Source: Candidatus Micrarchaeota archaeon
GTDB lineage: Archaea; Micrarchaeota; Micrarchaeia; Anstonellales; Bilamarchaeaceae
Reading direction: 5' to 3'
Length of the DNA: 13,955 nt
Assembly: GCA_018304385.1 (NCBI GenBank)
Contig: JAGVWJ010000045.1
Span: forward strand, 1-13,955
Part shown: piece after piece, positions 7,480 to 13,955 of the stretch
Layout: every line of letters begins with the position of its first letter
How positions within the stretch are numbered: position 1 is the first letter of the stretch
The notes under the pieces: model-generated
Database searches by the model: none
What the model was told of the DNA's origin: nothing
What the model saw: the letters and a program-made list of their open reading frames with translations, nothing else
Made by a program: the position numbers and the translations under genes

Positions 7480-7784
7480 TTAATATCCTTAAGAAGTTTG
7501 GGGACAAGATTTCATCATCAATATATTTAAATAAAATGGTCCTATTCGGCAGTTTTGCAACTGGCAAAACAAGAAAATGGAGTGATATCGACCTCCTGAT
7601 TGTTTCTAAATCATTTAAAGGATTGAGGCCGTTAGATAGGGGTTTAGACCTTTATGATATGTGGGATGCAAAATACCCGGTTGATTTTCTTTGCTATACT
7701 CCAGAAGAGTTCGAAAAAGCAAAAAAAAGAATAGGCATTATACGTCAAATATTAAAAGAAGGGAAAGTGATTTACTCTTCGTAA
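7458..7784 (+). CDS. Minimal nucleotidyltransferase (MNT)
   Basis: LFGSFATGKTRKWSDIDLLIV (GSx10DxD) and the third Asp in PVDFL; GGAGGT 6 nt before the GTG; overlaps the HEPN gene by 22 nt. Confidence 0.93.
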   Translation: MGQKKSIINILKKFGDKISSSIYLNKMVLFGSFATGKTRKWSDIDLLIVSKSFKGLRPLDRGLDLYDMWDAKYPVDFLCYTPEEFEKAKKRIGIIRQILKEGKVIYSS

Positions 7785-7881
7785 TACATAGCAGCATTTT
7801 CGTGAACTGATTTGTTGATCTTGATGACTTTCATCAAGAGGTAGTGGCCAAAGGTCACTAGATTTTTAGGCGGAGTTTCAT
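7775..7881 (-). pseudogene. Second, disrupted copy of the first 21 codons of the NFACT-R gene
   Basis: 7775-7816 matches 6942-6983 at 36/42 nt and 7861-7881 matches 6984-7004 at 19/21 nt. It translates as MKLRLKI / NKSVHENAAMYYEE versus MKLHLKITKSVHENAAIYYEE, and is split by a 44-nt insert. Confidence 0.9.
7819..7867 (+). terminator. Double hairpin plus T5 tract downstream of the MNT; possible terminator or stability element
   Basis: TCTTGATGA-CTT-TCATCAAGA (perfect 9 bp), then TAGTGGCC-AAA-GGTCACTA (8 bp with one G-U on the plus strand), then gaTTTTT. Confidence 0.4.
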
Positions 7882-8119
7882 GTTGATCATATTACGGAAG
7901 TTTAAGGAAATTATTAATATTTCCGATATTATCTGAGTTTATAAAAAATTTTTCTTCCTGCTCTTTGTTTATCCAAGAATCCCTGATCTTTAAGTCGGTT
8001 TAGATCAATTCTAGCCCGGTTTTTTAAATATTGCGGAAATCCTTAGAAATTCCTATAATTTCCTGGTTAGGACTAAGTAGTCATTGAATGGTTAACTGGC
8101 AAATCCTCAATCCTTAGAT

Positions 8120-8176
8120 TAGCGAAATATGTCAAAAAACGCTACTCGTACTAGCATTTTTCTAAGAAAAACGCTA
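8120..8176. promoter_or_regulatory. Two tandem 25-bp palindromic boxes, TAGC(G/A)-N15-CGCTA
   Basis: Box 1 at 8120-8144 and box 2 at 8152-8176 (TAGCATTTTTCT-A-AGAAAAACGCTA), with a 32-bp period, just upstream of TATAAAAT at 8183-8190. Confidence 0.55.
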
Positions 8177-8245
8177 ATTCAGTATAAAATGATAGCGAGA
8201 ATTAGATTTAGTAGTAATATTAAATTCTAATTACTTAATATTCTC

Positions 8246-9199
8246 ATGGCTTACGAAAGAAACAAAACCTTAGACTTGCTACGTGGTTTTGCCATAATCG
8301 GAATGGTGTTTTTTAGCATTATAGTTCGTTTAGCTGACAATCTACCTGATTTATTAGAGCATAATGTTGCTGGCGAAGTACATACGGGAGACTTTGTCCT
8401 CTCTTTATTTATTTTTGCAAGTGGAATATCAACTGCTTATTTTATTAATAAAAGAAAGGATAAGAAAAAGAGCGAATTTCTTCTGGATATTATTGAGCGA
8501 TTAGGAAAACTCATTGGTATTTCTATTCTTTTATCGCCTTTTTCAAGTGGTGCTGCTTTTGGAATGGATGAAGTGATGCTTATAGCAATTATGTTTGGTT
8601 TTTCTATTATATTCTTTCCATTAGCCAACCAATATTACGTTATTGTATCTATTTTATTACTTGTTTTCTATTCATTTTTGGTTTCGCAATTCGGTTTTAG
8701 TATTTTTGATAACGCTTATCTTGGAGGTTACAAAGCAGCGATCTTTTATTTGCCAATAGCGCTAGGTGGATTGGCTATAGGGAAGAATGGAGGAATTGTG
8801 AAGAGTGTTTTATTTGCGAGCGCAATATTATTTATCCTCTCGCTTTTCTTTTTTCCAATAGATAAACTAAGGGCAACACCTTCTTTCATGTTTGCTTCCG
8901 TGGTCATTGGAACTGCTACTTATGCTCTTCTAAATTCATTTAACAAAAAAATACCCTTACAATCAATTGAATATTTGGGTCAAAAATCGCTTCGCTATTG
9001 GATTCTGATGTTTGTTTTGTTTATTATACCGTTTAGTTATTATTCGCTTGCAACTGAGGTAACGATTACATGGACTAATGCAGTAATTGTTAGTGTGACA
9101 TTATTGTTTGTGTTGTTTGGGGTTTCTAAGGGGATTGATAATTTTATCATCTTTTTCTTAACAAAAATGATGCCAAATAGGAAACCAAAGTCAGTATAG
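8246..9199 (+). CDS. Multi-TM acyltransferase of the HGSNAT/DUF1624-like type
   Basis: N-terminal ERNKTLDLLRGFAIIGM signature, GDFVLSLFIFASGIS, about 9-10 hydrophobic segments. Confidence 0.75.
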   Translation: MAYERNKTLDLLRGFAIIGMVFFSIIVRLADNLPDLLEHNVAGEVHTGDFVLSLFIFASGISTAYFINKRKDKKKSEFLLDIIERLGKLIGISILLSPFSSGAAFGMDEVMLIAIMFGFSIIFFPLANQYYVIVSILLLVFYSFLVSQFGFSIFDNAYLGGYKAAIFYLPIALGGLAIGKNGGIVKSVLFASAILFILSLFFFPIDKLRATPSFMFASVVIGTATYALLNSFNKKIPLQSIEYLGQKSLRYWILMFVLFIIPFSYYSLATEVTITWTNAVIVSVTLLFVLFGVSKGIDNFIIFFLTKMMPNRKPKSV

Positions 9200-10472
9200 T
9201 TAGAGCCTTTATACCAAAAATCATTACACTATACTCAGCCATACCACCAACAACTGCACCAATTAGATTATAGCTTAGATTATGTGAAAGATTGTTTTTT
9301 GAAATTGTAATAGAATTAGCAAAAATAATTCCGGAAAATAAAATTGGTAATGCAGAAATTAGTAAACCAAATACGGCCCCTTCAAACAAACCAAAACTCA
9401 AGAGATCATTGGGGGTTATAAAATATTGAATCCCTAAAGATAAAATAAGCAAAATATAAACAATATTCAAGTTAATATTTTTATATTTTGAAACTAGTAA
9501 GTTAGAGAACAAGATCATAATAAGAATTGCGCTTATTGTTAATGAACTAATTATCCAAGTTGAATTTATAAGAAGAGAGAGGAAAGTAATTGTTTTTGTT
9601 TCAATAAGCATAAATGAAAACCCTAGTAAAAAGAAAAACATACCTTCCTTTGAAATAGCAACTATTGGGCAATATTTTTTCACTAATACTACCGCTATAA
9701 TGATAACGATTAAAATAGAGAATAAATAGTTTTCAGGTACAGATTTTTCTTTTAAATATAAAAACGGCCAATCATCAGTTGGGACTAAATTGCTTGTAAA
9801 TTCTTTTGAATCTATAAAACCGGAGATGTTCTGTTGAGGTACCCAAGTTGGACTTATCGGTGAAATAAAATAATGAATTGGAAGAGTTTCATTAATTACA
9901 ATATCTTTTAAGCCTGGCCCAGCTAAAAACAAGGTTCCAAACCCATAGCGGCTACTTTGATATATAATTATTGGTTCTCCAAAATTTTCTCTAAGTATAG
10001 CAACAATACGATCTGCAATCCACTTCTCGTTAACTGCAAAGGTTACTGCTACAATGCCCCTATTAGAAAGACGATGTCTTACAATCTTAAAGTTTTCAGT
10101 TGTATAAACATGACTTTCTAACCTAACACTTGACATTTGGGACAAAATACGGTGAGAATCTAGATAACCAAAAGTGATAAGATCGAATTTTTCTTGCGTA
10201 TTTTTAATATAAGATCTTGCATCAGTAACCTCTAACCCCACCTTTTCGCTAGAGTAGGGTTTTTCTGGATGAAGCTCCTTCCCTATTTCGGCTATTTTTG
10301 GATCTATTTCAACTGCTACTACTCTTTCAGCACCTTGCCTTAACGCAGCTGCAACATCATTGCCAGTACCTGCTCCAAACACTAGAACACTCTTTGGTTT
10401 GCTAAATTGATAAGGCAGTTCGTATACCTTTTTTTTCTCTGAATTTACTTTATTACTTTTATCATCAAATAG
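9147..10472 (-). pseudogene. C-terminal fragment of a membrane-bound spermidine-synthase-like (SAM/dcSAM-binding) protein
   Basis: VLVFGAGTGNDVAAAL, VAVEIDP, DARSYI..T.EKFDLI, PTDDWPFLYL, followed by TM helices. The frame is open up to 10472, beyond the track's GTG 10382, and includes VYELPYQF. Confidence 0.85.
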
Positions 10473-11185
10473 CTATCAGTAGTATTACCTTTTGTTGAAA
10501 ATGGTGTTATAATTATTTCATAATAAGGTGACCAAGTAACATTTTTTTCGACTGTATGCCAAAAAACAACTAGAAAAATAAAGAAAATAAAAATTCCGGA
10601 CAAAATCAAAAAATTACGTTGTTTTCTTATTAAAAATAATAATGGTACAAGCGAAAGCAATAACCAAATATAAGGTGGTGAGTTAAAATTAGCTAAAAAA
10701 ATTGTAAAAATAGTGCCAGTTAAACTTCCTATAATGTTTATGGTATAACCTGCAAGGTGGCGGACCATTTTTAGCTCTAAACCAAGAAAATTTCCAATAT
10801 AAATAAAGATTACTGTGTTTGTTATAAAAAACAAAAACATAAATAAATACGCAAAGGCACCGGTTCCTAGTTCTATAGCCCAAACAAATTCGTTTGGTGA
10901 GTGTGGCGTAGATGCTAAATTAGAAAACATTATAACAAAAAATACAAATAATGACACACTACCAAAAAAATCAAAAACTAAAAACTTTCGATTTGTGAGA
11001 AGGCCAATGCTCATTCCCAAAAAACTAGATATTAAAGCAAAATTTGTAAAATAAGCAAAGAATACTATATTTGAAGACAACCAACGTATCAAAAAGAGTT
11101 CAAATGTTAATATGGTAAAACTAATTAGGAAAATTTTTACTTCACATTCTCTATCTTGTAATTTTTTTATTATTTGATTAAGTAT
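10445..11185 (-). pseudogene. N-terminal membrane fragment of the same spermidine-synthase-like protein
   Basis: KIFLISFTILTFELFLIRWLSSNI...SSFLGMSIG and WSPYYEI. The frame is open 5' of the track's TTG 11092 up to a TAG at 11198-11200, and is offset by one frame from the C-terminal fragment. Confidence 0.8.
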
Positions 11186-11258
11186 CCAATCACCAGACTA
11201 AATTTCCATTATCATTATCAATAAACAATTTTAAATACTTTACGAGCAAAAATGATTT

Positions 11259-12167
11259 ATGAATAAAGAGTTACTAAAGGCACCTATTTATGGGGTTTTG
11301 TTTCTTTTCACTACCTTTTATATAGTACTATTTGTCGGTATGCTACTAATGAATGGCTCTTTATTTATCTTCTATGATCAGATGTTTTTAATATTGCTAA
11401 CCGCTTCTGTATTTTTGGGGCAGGTAAGAAATACTATTCTATATTGGAGTCCATTCATGATTCTTTTTTTAGCCTATGAGGCCATGCGGGGGATAGTGGA
11501 TGAACTTAGCGCTAATGTCATTTACATGCTCCCAATAGATTTTGAACAAAAATTATTTGGGAATGTCCTTACTATATCTTTTCAGAACTTTGTTAATGCC
11601 AATTTTAGCCTAGCGAGTATTAATATTATTAATTTAATAGCTGCATTTCTTTATTCATTACATTTTATAGCTCCCATGGTATTTGCGTATATCCTTTTTC
11701 TAAAACATAAAAAAGAATTTCTTGATTTTTCTATAGCTATGATAATACTTAGTTATGCTGCTTTATTCACGTTTTTGCTATTCCCTACTGCCCCACCTTG
11801 GATGGCATCAGAAAATGGGTATATAGACGACTTAGAGCATGTTACAGTTAATATTGCTAATCTACCCATCGCCACCTTATATGTTTGGATAAACCCAAAC
11901 CCAATAGCAGCAATACCATCTCTTCATGCAGCATATCCTCTGCTAATCACACTTTTTTGTATAAAGCTATATGGGAAAAAGGCATTTATATTATTCACCT
12001 TCCCGTTTCTTATGCTTCTTGCGCTCATATATCTTGGAGAACATTATCTCCTAGATGCATTAATTGGTTATCTATATGTTGTTGGAATTCATTTCATAGT
12101 CCCAAGATTTGATCTTTTTTATAATAGCGCAATGCTTATTAAAATCTCCAACCGACTTGCAAGATGA
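11259..12167 (+). CDS. PAP2-superfamily membrane enzyme, Aur1/inositol phosphorylceramide synthase-like
   Basis: YSLHF, LLFPTAPPW, AAIPSLHAAYP, LGEHYLLDALIG motifs. Confidence 0.88.
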   Translation: MNKELLKAPIYGVLFLFTTFYIVLFVGMLLMNGSLFIFYDQMFLILLTASVFLGQVRNTILYWSPFMILFLAYEAMRGIVDELSANVIYMLPIDFEQKLFGNVLTISFQNFVNANFSLASINIINLIAAFLYSLHFIAPMVFAYILFLKHKKEFLDFSIAMIILSYAALFTFLLFPTAPPWMASENGYIDDLEHVTVNIANLPIATLYVWINPNPIAAIPSLHAAYPLLITLFCIKLYGKKAFILFTFPFLMLLALIYLGEHYLLDALIGYLYVVGIHFIVPRFDLFYNSAMLIKISNRLAR

Positions 12168-12181
12168 GAACCTTTTTAAAC

Positions 12182-12270
12182 CTTATTTAATAAGAATAAT
12201 CAAACATATTCACAACCAACAAGTAATTATAATGTTGTTGTGAATAGATTGATCCAAACAACATGGATCA
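12182..12270. repeat. Three consecutive inverted repeats in the PAP2-pilin intergenic region
   Basis: CTTATT-T-AATAAG (12182-12194); TATTCACAAC(C)AACA-N11-TGTTGTTGTGAATA (12207-12246); TGATCCA-N7-TGGATCA (12250-12270). Confidence 0.75.
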
Positions 12271-12335
12271 GGATATTCAAAAAACACTTAGGTTTCATAT
12301 AAGAAAATTAAGTGGATATAAAAAGGTGACTAAAA

Positions 12336-12713
12336 ATGGATATATACAAGACAACATTACGTATATCTAGATATATTGGATTATTAACCCTAACATTATT
12401 GCTATTGAACATTTCTATCACATCTGCCAATGGAGCTAATGGAATAGGTGATGCTTTAAAAGGACTTTGTAAGCAAGTTAAGACTTTCTTAGGCGCTGCA
12501 ATGGTGTTAATGATATTACTCGCAGCTATTACTTATGCTGTTGGCCAGGTTATGGGTGCTGAAACTAGAGCGCGCGCAACAGTATGGGCTACTGCTATGC
12601 TTACTGGTGCGGTTATCGGTGCGATTATATACATAATTACCCCATATGTCATAAAGACAATTATAGGTACTGGTAGTGGTAACGTAGATGTTGGTGCTAC
12701 TGCATGTGATTAG
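12336..12713 (+). CDS. TrbC/VirB2-like (T4SS-type) pilin
   Basis: Signal peptide, short amphipathic helix, then two hydrophobic helices joined by GQVMGAETRARA; GGTGA 6 nt upstream. The family is recognised from pattern recall, not a search. Confidence 0.7.
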   Translation: MDIYKTTLRISRYIGLLTLTLLLLNISITSANGANGIGDALKGLCKQVKTFLGAAMVLMILLAAITYAVGQVMGAETRARATVWATAMLTGAVIGAIIYIITPYVIKTIIGTGSGNVDVGATACD

Positions 12714-12755
12714 AGTATTTTTCCTTATTTTTTAACTTTTGGAAGAAAGATAAAT

Positions 12756-13103
12756 ATGTTGAATATCACAAGTCTCCCATGGAAACTATTTTCTTTGCGA
12801 AAATGGTTATTCCATATTTTATTTTTACTAAGCATCACTAGCTTATTCTATGCCACTGACCCAGGGCAAAACTTTCGTAATGCTTTTGGCAGCCTATGCA
12901 AATCATCTCTAAGTATCCTGGCAATAGGCGCGATTGTTCTAATTGTTTTAGCAGCTATTGCGGCTATAATTTTTGTAGTTGTCCCCTGGCTAATCTCTAT
13001 TATAATGACTGGCCAGGCAAGCGGGGATTGGGTAAAGAACTGCTGTGTTGATAATCCAGAACCTGATTGTGCTGGCCTAGGGAATGTTGAATCAAGTGAG
13101 TAA
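12756..13103 (+). CDS. Pilin paralog with an internal in-frame deletion and a Cys-rich tail
   Basis: Aligns to 12336-12713 at A...LCK, L+LAAI and AII+++.P++I, but lacks the central 29 aa; the tail is KNCCVDNPEPDCA. Confidence 0.65.
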   Translation: MLNITSLPWKLFSLRKWLFHILFLLSITSLFYATDPGQNFRNAFGSLCKSSLSILAIGAIVLIVLAAIAAIIFVVVPWLISIIMTGQASGDWVKNCCVDNPEPDCAGLGNVESSE

Positions 13104-13107
13104 GCGG

Positions 13108-13536
13108 CTATTTGCTCAGAAACCCCTTTATTTTCTTAATCATTTCTGCCGTTGTATATGTTACTATTTTATTTTGTTGCTTAAGATGAGGATCATTGCT
13201 CCATATACAGACATCTTTAAAATAAAAGGCAGCAGCTAGCAACAGATGGTCTGCTGAGTCAATGTCCTTCATCATCCGTTTAGCTTCGTTTTTATGTTTT
13301 ATTATTTCTTCATCAGGAATTATCTTAATATATTTGAAAAGTTTTTGATACGCCCCATAAAATTCGTGTTCAGTTATGTTCGCTTTTTCCCTTATTGTAC
13401 CTTTATATTTCTCTATTTCACTTGCCATTGCTTCTGGATAGTAAGCGTGGGGATACAAATCAACTATTATTTTTCTTGTTATTGAATCTTTTATAAGTGC
13501 AGCTATAGTTACATTTGAATCTATGATTATTATCAT
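13108..13536 (-). CDS. vapC: PIN-domain toxin (VapC-like)
   Basis: IIIDSNV, SEIEKY, DIDSADHLLLAAA and IWSND carry the PIN acidic residues; 4 nt downstream of an RHH gene. Confidence 0.9.
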   Translation of the reverse strand: MIIIIDSNVTIAALIKDSITRKIIVDLYPHAYYPEAMASEIEKYKGTIREKANITEHEFYGAYQKLFKYIKIIPDEEIIKHKNEAKRMMKDIDSADHLLLAAAFYFKDVCIWSNDPHLKQQNKIVTYTTAEMIKKIKGFLSK

Positions 13537-13540
13537 ATTT

Positions 13541-13774
13541 TCACTGCAAAAACCCTAATTTCTTAGCAGCACTTCTTTTTATTAGTTCACCTATTTCAAA
13601 GGCATCTTTTTCTGTTAATTGGCTCTTTTCCGTTAATTTATTTAATAGCTCTAAATCCGTTATCTTATGCTCTATGGTGTGCCTTATAATAGCACTCCAA
13701 CTTATTTCATCATGTTCCTTCATTTTTTTATGTAGCTCTTTTGGAATTGCTAAGGTAATATTTACAGTTTCCAT
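13541..13774 (-). CDS. vapB: Ribbon-helix-helix antitoxin (VapB-like)
   Basis: VNITLAIPKELHKKMKEHDEISWSAIIRHTI RHH pattern; GGTGA 4 nt upstream of the ATG. Confidence 0.85.
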   Translation of the reverse strand: METVNITLAIPKELHKKMKEHDEISWSAIIRHTIEHKITDLELLNKLTEKSQLTEKDAFEIGELIKRSAAKKLGFLQ

Positions 13775-13784
13775 CTCATCACCT

Positions 13785-13810
13785 AAAAATATGTGAAATC
13801 ACATGTTTTT
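13785..13810. promoter_or_regulatory. 26-bp palindromic operator upstream of the second vapB
   Basis: AAAAATATGTGA-AA-TCACATGTTTTT (12-bp arms, one mismatch), overlapping TATTAAAA (minus, 13807-13814). Confidence 0.7.
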
Positions 13811-13852
13811 AATACTATCGTTTACTACTAAATGGGAACTACTAGAAAGCTT

Positions 13853-13954
13853 CTATCTCTTAATCTTCCATATCCTATACCCACTTTCAACATCCGCCAG
13901 TTCTAAACAGTTAGGAATTTCTTTTAGTTTATCTTCAACTAGATAATCATATGG
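13853..13954 (-). CDS. 3' end of a hypothetical protein entering from the right edge
   Basis: Open frame PYDYLVEDKLKEIPNCLELADVESGYRIWKIKR ending in TAG at 13853-13855. Confidence 0.5.
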   Translation of the reverse strand, partial: PYDYLVEDKLKEIPNCLELADVESGYRIWKIKR

Positions 13955-13955
13955 A

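Noticed and set aside
7882-8245. Replication origin
   Set aside because: It is AT-rich with repeats, but there is no recognisable ORB motif with G-string and no orc1/cdc6 in the window.
10429-10436. A8 tract as the phase-variation switch for the frameshift
   Set aside because: It lies downstream of the TAA at 10445-10447, so a length change alone cannot restore the gene.
11198-11200. TAG recoding (pyrrolysine or alternative code)
   Set aside because: TAG ends genes at expected positions elsewhere in the window (793, 5246, 9197, 12711, 13108), and no long gene has an internal TAG.
5965-13485. Short track ORFs 5965-6519, 6795-6977, 8437-8628, 10689-10883, 10815-11054, 11885-12112, 13294-13485
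   Set aside because: They are antisense or off-frame shadows of supported genes.
1-13955. tRNA, rRNA, IS element, integrase or CRISPR array
   Set aside because: No cloverleaf, rRNA-like segment, transposase or recombinase motif, or repeat-spacer array was seen by eye; tRNAscan-SE and Infernal were not run.

Overview
AT-rich archaeal DNA: TATA-like boxes about 25-35 nt upstream of starts and GGTGA/GGAGG ribosome-binding motifs. The gene families suggest a DPANN lineage, Micrarchaeota-like (inference). Left to right: the 5' part of a secreted or lipoprotein-like gene that runs off the edge and is missing from the ORF track; two tandem GXGXG beta-helix paralogs; purL with an N-terminal PurS-like extension; a small 2-TM protein; vapBC; a stand-alone NFACT-R (Rqc2 C-terminal) gene; a HEPN-MNT pair; a repeat-rich intergenic region; an HGSNAT/DUF1624-like membrane acyltransferase; a frameshifted membrane spermidine-synthase-like gene; an Aur1/PAP2-type enzyme; two TrbC/VirB2-like pilin paralogs; a second vapBC; and a partial CDS. 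The most notable structure is that the HEPN-MNT pair sits inside an 833-bp unit bounded by two diverged copies of the NFACT-R gene's first 21 codons. The second copy is dead and is interrupted by a 44-nt double-hairpin insert. Other notable points are two genes whose best start is ATA after a GGTGA motif, and a pilin paralog lacking exactly the 29-aa conserved core. All assignments come from motif reading by eye; no searches were run.
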